A stretch of DNA of 64,000 nucleotides from Mobula hypostoma (GCF_963921235.1 NC_086108.1:91080001-91144000); one strand, 5' to 3'. Shown: positions 50,479-62,390, counted from the stretch's first letter. Made by a program: numbers and translations. Notes: generated from the sequence alone by a model not told the origin.

Positions 50479-50906
50479 CCGCAGGATGGAGAAGCAACAC
50501 CTTATATTCTGTCTGTGTGGCCTCCAAACTGATGGCATGAATATTGATTTCTCCTTCCAGCAAAAAATGTTTCCTTCCTGTTCCCATCATCTTCTATGGA
50601 CTTTTACCTATTCTCACCTACCTATCACTTCCCCCGGACCCACTCCTCGTTCCCTTTCTCCTATGGTCTACTCTCTTGTCCCATCAAATTCCTTCTTCTC
50701 CAGCCCTTGACCTTTCCCACCCAACCAACTTCACTTTTCACCTTCTAGCTAGCCTCCTTCCCTGCCCCACCTTTTTATTCTGGCATCTTGCCTGTTCCTT
50801 TTCAGTACTGATGAAGAGGCCCGGCCCAGAACTTCGACTGTCCTAAGCTCTTCCAGTACTTTGTGTGTTGCTTTGGATTTCCAGCATCTGCAGACTTTCT
50901 CATGTT
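50479..50906 (+). mobile_element. PLE ORF end plus terminal repeat (decayed hammerhead 50803-50840)
   Basis: RMEKQHLIFCLCGLQTDGMNIDFS; cagtactgatgaagagg...cttcgactg; ends ccagcatctgcagactttctcatgttt. Confidence 0.85.
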
Positions 50907-50914
50907 TAAAATAA

Positions 50915-51250
50915 AGAAAAACTTGCATTCATATATAATCTTTTAGGTACTTAAGATGTCCAAAATCAAGTTAGAACCAATAAAGTATCTTGTGAAGCTT
51001 ATTCAGTGTTTCAGTGTTGGAAATGCAGAATTAAATTTGCATCTAGTGGGCTCCCATAGGCAACAGTGTGATAATGATCTGATCATCTGTTTCATTATTG
51101 TTGGTTAAAGGGTTCCTAGACTCCAGGTCACAAGAAATAAAAAGCTTACTCTTTAAACGTGATCTTGTACATCCAGCTGAAAAAGTATCATGTGATATCT
51201 GAAGCATATACACAACTGTGTACCCAACTGGATCTAGCCCTGGAATTTCA
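50915..51250 (-). mobile_element. Ancient Deu-domain SINE (SacSINE1/AmnSINE1-like), decayed
   Basis: aacttgcatt.atata...ccaataaagta...ggaaatgcag..aatttgc...ctcccata..caacagtgtgataatgatctgatcatctgttt...ttggttaaagg resembles the reverse Deu-SINE consensus as I recall it. Confidence 0.6.
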
Positions 51251-51499
51251 CGTTAGGCAATGACAAGCTAAATCAGCATGTACATCGGTTCACATAGCCC
51301 TTCTATTTGAATGTCAGGTCATCCACTAGAAAATTCAATATAGACAACATGACAAATTGATGAATTAGCATGTTTCACTTATCTTATTGAAGAGGAATTA
51401 ATTCAAAAAGTTAGCTTGCAGTATCTGCCGATTACTGATTTTAGCTCTACTCTCTATAGTGTACACTTTGATATAAAGTGAAGTACTGAATGCTATTTT

Positions 51500-51675
51500 A
51501 TTTGCACAATTTGTTTTCTTTTCTCTCTGCACATTAGGTGTTTGACGGTCTTTTTTGTTTTAATGAATTCTATTGTGTTTCTTTCTTTTGTGGCTGTCTG
51601 TAAGGAGACAAATCTCAAGGTTGTATGAAGTATACATACTTTGATACTAAATGTACTTTGAACTTTTGAACTTTT
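51500..51675 (+). mobile_element. Rex1-type 3' UTR tail
   Basis: aatctcaaggttgtat...atactttgatactaaatgtac(TTTGAAC)n, as at 16590-16668. Confidence 0.75.
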
Positions 51676-51770
51676 GCGTAGTGATCCATCTATACAACCA
51701 ATAGCCTTACAGCCACAATTTTAGATGTGAGAGTGTAGAATCAGCCAATCAGCCAATATTTCTATTGGGA

Positions 51771-52312
51771 AACACACACAGTATGCTGGAGGGACTTAGC
51801 AAGTCAGACAGCACCTCTGGAGAGGAATAAATAGTCGCTATTTTGAGTCAAGACTCTTCATAGTCATAGTCATAGTCATACTTAATTGATCCCGGGGGAA
51901 ATTGGTTTTCATTACAGTTGCACGATAAATAATAAATAAATAGTAATATGTAAGTTATGCCAGTAAATTATGAAATAAGTCCAGGACCAGCCTATCGGCT
52001 CAGGGTGTCTGACCCTCCAAGGGAGGAGTTGTAAAGTTTGATGGCCACAGGCAGGAATGAGTCTCTGGCTGAATGTACTCCTGTGCCCACCCAGTACATT
52101 ATGTAGTGGATGGGAGACATTGACCAAGATGGCATGCAACTTAGACAACATCATCAAGACTAGAAAGAAAAGGAATAAAACCCAGAACCCCTTTTTCCTT
52201 TCTAATCCCCATGAAGGGCCTCAATTCAAAACTTTGAATATTTATTCCTCAGTTCCTGCAGCATTTTGTGTGTTGCTCAAGATTTCAAGCATCTGTAGAA
52301 TCTCTTGTGTTT
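51771..52312. mobile_element. Inverted pair of PLE terminal repeats interrupted by a Rex1 3' fragment (51861-52150, minus)
   Basis: Minus repeat ...agactcttcat | catcaagactag, then plus repeat ccccatgaaggg...gcatctgtagaatctcttgtgttt. The insert encodes LSKLHAILVNVSHPLHNVL..RSTFSQRLIP and has a (TAGTCA)n tail. Confidence 0.78.
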
Positions 52313-52615
52313 ATAATTCTGTTGGAAAACTTTGCACTTTGAGGCCAAACTAAAATAGCAGAGAGAGTAGGGCATTGAAAAGAAATGCCCCAGAACTATG
52401 TGCTTCTTCAAATCCCCATCCATGGAGCCTTTTTATTTTATCATCAGATTATTTATTACTGTCACATTTAAAGCATACTCATGCAACAAAGGCTTGCAAA
52501 TGTGGCACATAGCTAACCAAGAAAAAATACCCTTCCTATGTATAGAAATACATATGGATAAAGCTAAAAGATTTTAAGAGTGGGCTACATTTGACCCTAG
52601 TGAGAAGGAAAAGTA

Positions 52616-53192
52616 TAGTGCCTATAAAAAGTATTCACCATTGGAAGTTTTCATGTTGTATTGTTTTACAACATTGAATCACAGTGGATTTAATTTAGCT
52701 TTTCTCTTGACACGATCAGTAGAAAAATACTCAAAGTGAAAATAGATCTCTACGAAGTGATCTAAATTAATTACAAATATAAAACAAAATAATTGATTGC
52801 ATCAGTATTCTCCCTCTTCAAGTCAGTATTTAGTGAATACATCTTTGGCAGCAATTACAGACTTGAGTCTGTGTGGATAGGTCTCTATCAGCTTTGTACA
52901 TCTGAACACTGCAATTTTTTCCCCCATTTTTCTTAACAGAACTGCTCAAGCTGTGTGAGATTGCATGACGATTGTGAGTGAACAGCCCTTTTCAAGTCCA
53001 GCCACAATTTTTCAGTTGGATTGAGTTCTGAACCACTCCAGGACATTAACTTTGTTGTTTTTAAGCCATTCCTGTGTAGCTTTGGCTTTATGCTTGGGGT
53101 CATTGTCTTATAGGAAAACAAATCTTCCAAGTTGCACCTCTCATGCAGACTGTATCAGGATTTCCCTGTATTTTGCTGCATTCATTTTACCC
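52616..53192 (-). mobile_element. Tc1-like transposon end with transposase C-terminus
   Basis: TA followed by (c/t)agtgcctataaaaagtattcacc terminus, with internal repeat agtattc at about 52805. [42 protein letters not shown]. Confidence 0.9.
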
Positions 53193-56100
53193 TGAGGGGA
53201 AGCTGAGGGGTTGATAGACAAGATATACAGGGAGGAGGACACAAGGTGCAGGACAAAGGTAACTGGGTGACCATCAGGAAGGGGAATGGGGATAGAGAGC
53301 CAGTGCAGAGTACCCCGGTGGCCGTTCCCCTCATCAACAGGTATACCGCTTTGGATACAGTTAACCTAGCAGACGAAAGCCACTATGGTTAGGTCTCTGG
53401 CACTGCTTCTGGCTCTATGGCTTAGAAAGGAAGGGGGAGAAGAGCAAGCTGCGGTGATAGGGGATTTTTTGGTCAGGGGAACAGAAAGGAGGCTCTATGG
53501 ACAAGGGCAAGATTCCTGGATGGTGTGCTGCCTCCCAGATGCCAGTGTCAGGGACATCTTGGATCAAGACTATATCATTCTCAAGTGGGAGGGTGAGCAG
53601 CCAGAGGTCATGGTCCATATAGGAGGGACATGGGTAAGAGGGGCGATGAGGTCCTGCAAAGTGAGTTCAGAGAGTTAGGTGATAAGTTAAGGACAGGACC
53701 TCCAAGGTTGTGATCTCAGGATTGCTACCCATGCCACGTGCTTTTTAGCCAGAAATTGGAAAATCATGCAGTTTAACACATGGCTATGGACAGTGCATGC
53801 AGGAGAGCTTCATATCTTTGGATCAGTGTGCTGTCTTCTAGGGAAGGTGAACCTGTACAGGTAGGATAACTTGCACCTGAACCAGAGGGGAAGTAATATC
53901 CTAGCAGGAAAGTTTGCTCGTGCTGCATGGGGGTGTTTAGACTAGAGTTGCAAGGGGATTGGAACCAGAGTGCTAGAACAGATAGTGGAGTGGTTGTGTA
54001 GAAAGATGTGTTAAGCTTACATACAAAGTAAGCAATCGAAAGTTCAAGCATGGTGGGACTAATGTTCTGAGCTGTGTATATTTCAATGTAAGGAGCATTG
54101 TGAGAAAGGCAGATAAGCTTGAGGCTGGATCAGTACATAGAATTATGAGATTGTAGCCATTAGCGATATTTGGTTGCAGGAGGGGCAGGACTAGTGGCTC
54201 AATGTTCCAGCTTTCTGTTGTTTTCGACATCATAGAGTTGGGGAGATTAACAGGAGGGTTAACATTTCTAGTCAGGGAAAATATCACAGCAGTGCTCAGT
54301 CAGGACAGACTGGAGAGCTCAGCTAGTAGGGCTTCATGTGGAGAAATGAGGAATAAGAAATATAGAAACATAGAAACATAGAAAATAGGTGCAGGAGTAG
54401 GCCATTCGGCCCTTCGAGCCTGCACCGCCATTTATTATGATCATGGCTGATCATCCAACTCAGAACCCAGCCTTCCCTCCATACCCCCTGACCCCTGTAG
54501 CCACAAGGGCCATATCTAACTTCCTTTTAAACATAGCTAATGAACTGGCCTCAACAGTTTGCTGTGGCAGAGAATTCCACAGATTCACCACTCTCTGTGT
54601 GAAGAAGTTTTTCCTAACCTCGGTCCTAAAAGGCTTCCCCTCTATCCTCAAACTGTGACCCCTCGTTCTAGACCTCCCCAACATCGGGAACAATCTTCCT
54701 GCATCTAGCCTGTCCAATCCCTTTAGGATCTTATACGTTTCAATCAGATCCCCCCTCAATCTTCTAAATTCCAACGAGTACAAGCCCAGTTCATCCAGTC
54801 TTTCTTCATATGAAAGACCTGCCATCCCAGGAATCAATCTGGTGAACCTTCTTTGTACTCCCTCTATGGCAAAGATGTCTTTCCTCAGATTAGGGGACCA
54901 AAACTGCACACAATACTCCAGGTGTGGTCTCACCAAGGCCTTGTACAACTGCAGTAGTACCTCCCTGCTCCTGTACTCGAATCCTCTCGCTATAAATGCC
55001 AGCATACCGTTCGCCTTTTTCACCGCCTGCTGTACCTGCATGCCCACTTTCAATGACTGGTGTATAATGACACCCAGGTCTCGTTGCACCTCCCCTTTTC
55101 CTAATCGGCCACCATTCAGATAATAATCTGTTTTCCTATTTTTGCCACCAAAGTGGATAACTTCACATTTATCCACATTAAATTGCATCTGCCATGAGTT
55201 TGCCCACTCACCCAACCTATCCAAGTCACCCTGCATCCTCTTAGCATCCTCCTCACTGCTAACACTGCCACCCAGCTTCGTGTCATCCGCAAACTTGGAG
55301 ATGCTGCATTTAATTCCCTCATCCAAGTCATTAATATATATTGTAAACAACTGGGGTCCCAGCACTGAGCCTTGCGGTACCCCACTAGTCACCGCCTGCC
55401 ATTCTGAAAAGGTCCCGTTTATTCCCACTCTTTGCTTCCTGTCTGCTAACCAATTCTCCACCCACACCAATACCTTACCCCCAATACCGTGTGCTTTAAG
55501 TTTGCACACTAATCTCCTATGTGGGACCTTGTCAAAAGCCTTTTGAAAATCCAAATATACCACATCCACTGGTTCTCCCCTATCCACTCTACTAGTTACA
55601 TCCTCAAAAAATTCTATGAGATTCGTCAGACATGATTTTCCTTTCACAAATCCATGCTGACTTTGTCCGATCATTTCACCGCTTTCCAAATGTGCTGTTA
55701 TCACATCCTTGATAACTGACTCCAGCAGTTTCCCCACCACCGACGTTAGGCTAACCGGCCTATAATTCCCCGGTTTCTCTCTCCCTCCTTTTTTATATGA
55801 CCACATTAACGGGATTATGTTATGGACCACCCAACAGTTCATAAGAGTTAGAGAAGCAAGTTTGTAGAGAGATTTCAGACAGTTGAAATAAACTTAAGAT
55901 TGTTATAGTAGGTGATTTTAACTTTCCACATATTGACTGGGACTCCAATACTGTGAAAGGGATAGATGGGAAAGGGTTTGTCAAATGTGTTCAGTAAAGT
56001 TTTCTTCATCAGTATCTAGAAGTCCCAACTAGAGAGAGTGTGATACTAGATCTCCTACTAGGGAATGAAACAGGACAGGTGACAGAAGTTTGTGCAGGGA

Positions 56101-56489
56101 AACATTTGTATCTAGTTTATCAGTGGAAAAAGTGCTAGGCAAATTCAAAGGTCTTAAAATTGATAAGTTGCCTGGTCCAGATGGACTACATCCCAGAGTC
56201 TTTAGAGAGGTTGCTAAAGAGGTAACAAATGCATTGGACATGATCTTTCAAGAATCACTTGATTCTGGCATGGTCCCAGAGGACTGGAAGATTGTAAATG
56301 TCACTCCACTCTAAAAGAAGGGGGAAAGCAAAAGAAAGGAAATTATAGGCCAGTTAGCCTAACCTCAGTGTTTGGGAAAGTGTTGTAGTGTATTACTAAG
56401 GATGAGGTTTTGGAGGATTTGAAGACTAATGATAAAATAAGTCAAAGTTAGCATGGTTTCTGTGAAGGGAAATCTTGCCTGGCAGATCT
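53193..56489 (+). mobile_element. Decayed CR1 (ORF1 esterase + APE + RT piece), interrupted at 54361-55794
   Basis: AVIGDFLVRGTERR...MVCCLPDASV...WEGEQPEVMVHIG; VLSCVYFNVRSIV.KAD; IVIVGDFNFPHIDW; KLPGPDGLHPRV...VPEDWKIVNVTPL. Confidence 0.88.
54361..55794 (-). mobile_element. Young 5'-truncated CR1 LINE with open RT frame
   Basis: ORF 54460..55842 (CR1 part starts at KKGGREKPGNYRPVSLTS): YLDFQKAFDKVPH, SGVPQGSVLGP, KFADDTK. (TTCTATGT)n tail; possible short TSD ATAT. Confidence 0.95.
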
Positions 56490-57735
56490 CAAGTCAAGTC
56501 AAGTCAAGTCAAGTCAAGTCAAGTCACTTTTTATTGTCATTTTGACCGTAACTGCTGGTAGAGTACACAGTAAAAACGAGACAGCATTTTTCAGGACCAT
56601 GGTGCTACATGAACAATACAAAAACTACACTGAACTACGTAAAGCAACCCAAAACTACACTAGACTACAGACCTACCCAGACTGCATAAAGTGCACAAAA
56701 CAGTGCAGGCATTACAATAAATAATAAACAAGACAATAGGCACAGTAGAGGGCAGTAGGTTGATATCAGTCCAGGCTCTGGGTATTGAAGAGTCTGATGA
56801 CTTGCGGGAAGAAACTCTTACATGGTCTGGTCGTGAGAGCCCAAATACTTCGGTGCCTTTTGCCAGATGGCAGGAGGGAGAAGAGTTTGTATGAGGGGTG
56901 TGTGGAGTCCTTCATAATGCTGTTTGCTTTACGGATGCAGCATGTGGTGTAAATGTCTCTAATGGCGGGAAGAGATACCCCGATGATCTTCTCAGCTGAC
57001 CTCAATATCCGCTGCAGGGTCTTGCGATCCGAGATGGTACAATTTCCGAACCAGGCAGTGATGCAGCTGCTCAGGATGCTCTCAATACAACCTCTGTAGA
57101 ATATGGTGAGGATGAGGGTGAGAGATGTACTTTTCTCAGCCTTCGCAGAAAGTAGAGACGCTGCTGGGCTTTCTTTGCTATGGAGCTGGTGTTGAGGGAC
57201 CAGGTGAGATTCTCTGCCAGGTGAACACCAAGAAATTTGGTGCTCTTAACGATCTCTATGGAGGAGTCATCGATGTTCAGTGGAGAGTGGACGCTCTGTC
57301 TCCTCCTGAAGTCAACAACCATCTCTTTTGTTTTGTTCACATTCAGAGACAGGTTGTTGGCTCTGCACCAGTACGTTAGCCGCTGCACCTCCTCTCTGTA
57401 TGCTGACTCATCATTCTTGCCGATGAGACCCACCACGGTCGTGTCATCTGCGACTTGATGATGTGGTTCGAGCTGTGTGTTGCAGCACAGTCGTGGGCCA
57501 GCAGAGTGAACAGCAGTGGACTGAGCACACAGGCCTGGGGGGCCCCGTACTCAGTGTGATGATATTGGAGATGCTGCTTCCAATCTGGACTGACTGAGGT
57601 CTCCCAGTCAGGAAGTCTAGGATCCAATTGCAGAGGGAGGTGTTCAGGCCCAGTAGGCTCAGCTTTCCAATCAGTTCCTGAGGAATGATTGTGTTGAATG
57701 CTGAACTGAAGTCTATGAACAGCATTCAAACGTAC
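56490..57735 (-). mobile_element. Rex1/Babar RT/3' fragment
   Basis: [14 protein letters not shown]...[39 protein letters not shown]; tail seen as (CAAGT)n at 56490-56525. Confidence 0.92.
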
Positions 57736-57737
57736 AA

Positions 57738-59580
57738 GCAACACACGCAAAAAAATGCTGGTGAACGCAGCAGGCCAGGCAGCATCTATTGGAAGAGGTA
57801 CAGTCGACGTTTCGGGTCGAGAACCCTTCATCAGGACTAACTGAAAGAAGAGATAGTAAGAGATTTGAAAGTGGGAGGGTGAGGGGGAGATCCAAAATGA
57901 TACGAGAAGACAGAAGGGGGAGGGATAGAGCTAAGAGCTGGAAAGTTGATTGGCAAAACAGATACAAGGCTTGAGAAGGGAGAGGATCATGGGACAGGAG
58001 GCCAAGGGAGAGAGAAAGGGGGAGGGGAGCCCACTATAGTGAGAGGGACAGAGGGAGAAAAAAGAGAGAGAGAAGAAAGGGGGGGGGAATAAATAAATAA
58101 ATACGGGAAGGGGTACGAACGGGAGGTGGGGCATTAACGGAAGTTAGCGAAGTCAATGTGCATGCCATCAGGTTGGAGGCTACCCAGAACGTGTTGTTCC
58201 TCCAACCTGAGTGTGGCTTCATCTTGACAGTAGAGGAGGCCGTGGATAGACATATCAGAATGGGAATGGGATGTGGAATTAAAATGTGTGGCCACTGGGA
58301 GGTCCTGCTTTCTCTGGCGGACAGAGCATAGGTGTTCAGCAAAACGATCTCCCAGTCTGTGTCGGGTCTCGCCAATATATAGAAGGCCACATCGGTAGCA
58401 CCGGACGCAGTATATCACCTCAGCCGACTCACAGGTGAAGTGTCGCCTCACCTGGAAGGACTGTCTGGGGCCCTGAATGGTGGTAAGGGAGGAAGTGTAA
58501 GGGCATGTGTAGCACTTGTTCCGCTTACAAGGATAAGTGCTGGGAGGGAGATCGGTGGGAAGGGATGGGGGGAACAAATGGACAAGGGAGTCGCGTAGGG
58601 AGCGATCCCTGCAGAAAGCAGAAAGTGGGGGGGGAGGGAAAGATGTGCTTAGTGGTGGGATCCTGTTGGAGGTTGCGGAAGTTACAGAGAATAATATGTT
58701 GGACCCAGAGGCTGGTGGGGTTGTAGGTGAGGACAAGGGGAACCCTATTCCTAGTGGGGTGGCGGGAGGATGGAGTGAGAGCAGATGCGTGTGAAATGGG
58801 AGAGATGCGTTTGAGAGCAGAGTTGATTGTGGAGGAAGGGAAGCCCCTTCCTTTAAAAAAGGAGGACATCTCCTTCATCCTGGAATGAAAAGCCTCATCC
58901 TGAGAGCAGATGTGGCAGAGATGGAGAAATTTCGAGAAGGGAATGGCATTTTTACAAGTAGCAGGGTGGGAAGAGGAATAGTCCAGGTAGCTGCGAGAGT
59001 CCGTGTGTTTATAGTAGACTTCAGTGGATAAGCAGTCTCTGGAAATAGAGACGGTGAGATCGAGAAAGGGGAGGGAGGTGTCGGAAATGGACCAGGTAAA
59101 TTTGAGGGCAGAGTGAAGTGGGAGGCAAAGTGGATGAAGTCGACAAGTTCAGCGTGGGTGCAGGAAGCAGCACCAATGCAATCGCTGACGTAGCGTAGGA
59201 AAAGTGCAGGACGGTCATCAGTGTAGGCTTGGAACATAGACTATTCCACATAGCCAACAAAGGGCCACACCTTTTGATTGAAGGAAGTGGGAGGAGCCAA
59301 AGGAGAAATTATCTAGAGTGAAGGAATATTCCACTAGACGGAGGGGAGTGATGGTGAGGGGAACTGGTTAGATCTGGTGTCCAGCAAAAAATAGAGAGAT
59401 TTGAGGCCTTGCTGCTGGGGAATGGAGGTGTATAGGGACTGGACATCCATAGTAAAACTAAGGTGATGGAGAGGCCAGGGAACCTGAAATAATTGAAAAG
59501 GTCCAGAGTGTGAAGAGATACGGATGTAGTTAGGAAGAGACTGTACTCGGGGCGGTGGGGGGGCGGGGGTAGTTGAGGAC
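57738..59580 (-). mobile_element. Penelope-like element (RT C-terminal half, Cys-rich linker, GIY-YIG endonuclease, terminal repeat); frameshifted
   Basis: MDVQSLYTSIP; FLRYVSDC; PFLDL; YYKHTDS..YLDYSSSHP; YPCKRNKCYTCPY; VIYCVRCYRCGLLYIGETRHRLGDRFAEH; LQPDGMHIDF. The Cys linker suggests the Neptune-like group. Confidence 0.93.
57801..57839 (-). ncRNA. Minimal type I hammerhead ribozyme, intact core
   Basis: TAGTC-CTGATGA-A-GGGT(tctcg)ACCC-GAAA-C-GTC^GACTG: stems I and II pair, palindromic ACGT as stem III; predicted cleavage between 57806 and 57805. Confidence 0.8.
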
Positions 59581-59585
59581 CCATT

Positions 59586-59696
59586 CAGGTAGACCCTTTG
59601 TTTCAGCTTGTTACAGTTAGACCCATTTTTTCAGCTTGTTACAGGTAGACCCATTCTTTCAGCTTGTTCAGGTAGACCCATTACTTCAGCTTGTTC
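59586..59696 (+). repeat. Minisatellite, 4 x ~28 bp
   Basis: Unit caggtagacccattNtttcagcttgtt(a). Confidence 0.9.
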
Positions 59697-59786
59697 CTGC
59701 CCCACTGAATTCATATCTGCTTACCTCGATTTAAGAAAATTTAGATAAGCAGCTGAACGAGTGTTCAATGGAGGGAGGTATGTCAA

Positions 59787-60312
59787 TAGGGTTGTCAACT
59801 GTCCCGTATATTAGGCTAAACTGGTTTATTCCCTACAGGACCGCCCTTGTCCCGTATCTCCCCCGCTAAGGTAGAGCGTTCCTATGAAACCTTTCGTGCC
59901 GAAATGGCATAAAGCGAAGAAGCAATTACCATTAATTTATATGGGAAAAGTTTTTGAGCGTTCCCAGACCCAAAAAATAACCTACCAAATCATATCGAAT
60001 AACACAATAAAACCTAAAATAACACTAACATATAGTAAAGCAGGAATTAAATGATAAATACACAGCCTATATAAAGTAGAAATAATGTATGTACAGTGTA
60101 GTTTCGCTTAATAGAATTGGGAAGATTAAGCCAAAACCGATTTGTAGAGAAAAAAATCGGCACGTACACACATGCACACGTGACACATGCGCACACAGGT
60201 GCCCGCGCAAGGCTTCATGGTCATGGTAGTCTTTCTCAGGGTAAACACAAGCGTCCCGTATTTGACTGCTACTTTTGTCCCTTATTTGGGAGTGAGAAAG
60301 TTGGCAACCCTA
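59787..60312. mobile_element. hAT MITE (Blackjack-like termini) inserted in an old CR1 3' end (about 59730-60423)
   Basis: TIR TAGGGTTGTCAACT / AGTTGGCAACCCTA; 8-bp TSD TATGTCAA / TATGTCGG; repeated subterminal GTCCCGTAT. Confidence 0.85.
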
Positions 60313-60949
60313 TATGTCGGAACATGATCAGGCAGATGGCATTAGTTTAAATTGGCATTATGGTCGGCACAAACTTGGTGGGACGAGAGGCCTGTTCCTA
60401 CATTGTGCCATTCTGTGTTCTATCTTCTCTGTCCATGAGTGATTCTGTCATTTTAGTTCAAAGCCTACTCTCCCAGCAGTGGTAACATGCTGGTAATAGG
60501 TAATATTCTATAACCTACAAATGTTGGGAATATAAAAAGGAATTAATTGAAATATTATTCACAATCTAGTTAATATTAGCAAAGCGCTTGGAATATTTAA
60601 TTTCAATTCTGGAAATGTTTTAAAAATGCCCATTATGCAAATCTATAGCTGGAGTCTGCAGTTGTGGGACTAGGGACTAATATACATAATAAAAGAAATA
60701 AGTGGGAGAGCACACTGACGAAAAACTATTAAATGTACTGAAACGTTGTGCTACAATGGCTCAGATAATTTGCATCTTCAGCATTGTGATGCAACCTCTC
60801 TGCAATAAAGACCTCGCCACTTAGACTTCAGTGTTTGCATGCTCACATAGGTTGCAAATCTACTCTTAAAAACAGCTTTCTGTGCTGCAGCAAAGGAACA
60901 GGTTCAAACATCTCTGAAAAATAAATATTCTGGTGTTTTGGACTAACCT

Positions 60950-62390
60950 CAGAGGCTAAGTGGTATCCATGCCAACCAAGGTGCCTTCCTGAGCTAATCT
61001 CATTTGCCTGCTTTGGGTTTATGTCCCTTTAAAATTTTCCAATCCATGTAAACATTGTAATTATACCTGTCTCTGTCACTTCTCTGGCACTTTGTTCTAT
61101 AAACCCAACACTCTCTGTGAAAAACTCATTCCTTTCATTTTCCCCTCCTCTTACACTTATGTACACTTGGACTCCCCTAACCTGAGAAAAAGAATGTATC
61201 CATCTGCCTCTCGATGCCCTTCATAATTTTACAGCTCTCTAAAAGGTCATCCTTCAACCTCCTTTGCTCCAAAGAAATGGTTACAGTTTATCCAGTCTCT
61301 CCTTATAACTCGAGCCTTACAATCCCAGCAACAGGCATGCCTTCTGCATCACTCTGGCTGAATCACAGCTTTCTTATAGTGTGGCAATCAGAATATTCCA
61401 GAGGCAGTCTCACCAACGCCTTGTACAGCTGTAACCACAAGACCATAAGACATTGGAGCAGAATTAAGCCATCTGGCCCTTCGAGTCCACTCTGGCATTT
61501 GATCTGAGCTGATCCATTTCTTCCTCAATCCCATTCTCCTGCCTTCTCCCCGTCACCTTACATGCCCTGTCTTAACAAAAATCTATCAGCCTCCACATTA
61601 AATGCACTCAATGACCTGGCCTCCACAGCAAATGGTAACAAATTCCATAGATTAACCTCCCTCTTGCTCAAGAAGTTCCTCCACATCTCTGATTCTAAAT
61701 GGATGTCCCTCTATTCTGAGGTACTGCCCTCTGTTCCTCGACTCCCCCACTATAGAAAACATCCTGTCCACATCCACCCTATATAAGCCTTTCAACATTC
61801 AATAGGTTTCAATGAGATCCCCTCACATTCTTCTAAATTCCAGCGAGTACAGACCCAGAGCCATCACATTCTCCTCATATGATAAGCCTTTCAATCCCAG
61901 AATCATTTTCGTGATCCTCCTTTGAATCTTCTCTAACGTCAGCACATTCTTTCTTAGAAAGTGAACCCAAAACTGCATAATACGTCCCAGCTCTTGTACT
62001 GAATGTCCCAACTGACGAAGGCAAGTGTGTTCTCTTTCTACCACTTTGTCGACACATGTTACACTTTCCGGGAACTATGAACTTGTACCCCTTGGTCTCT
62101 CTGTTCTACAGCGCTCCCGGGGCCCTTTCATTTACTATTTTAATTTCCCAAAATGCAACATTTTGCACTTTTCTGAGTCAAATTTCATCTGCCATTCCCT
62201 TACCCACTTTCATTGTTGATCGAGATCCTGTTGTAATCTTGGACAATCACCTTCACTGCCCACTGCACTATCAGTTTCAGTGTCATCCACAATCCAGCTA
62301 CGTTCTTATCCAAATCATTGGTATATATGACAGACAAAAGGGGACCAAACATTGATCACCTTGGCACATCACTTGTCACATGTGCTCAAT
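60950..62390 (-). mobile_element. Nested CR1 fragments (younger copy about 61435-61985)
   Basis: QFWVHFLRKNVLTLEKIQRRITKMILGLKGLSYEENVMALGLYSLEFRR; tail accacaagaccataagac. Confidence 0.8.

Noticed and set aside
59586..59696. CRISPR-like 28-bp repeats
   Set aside because: Units are directly adjacent with no unique spacers, the context is vertebrate and there are no cas genes.
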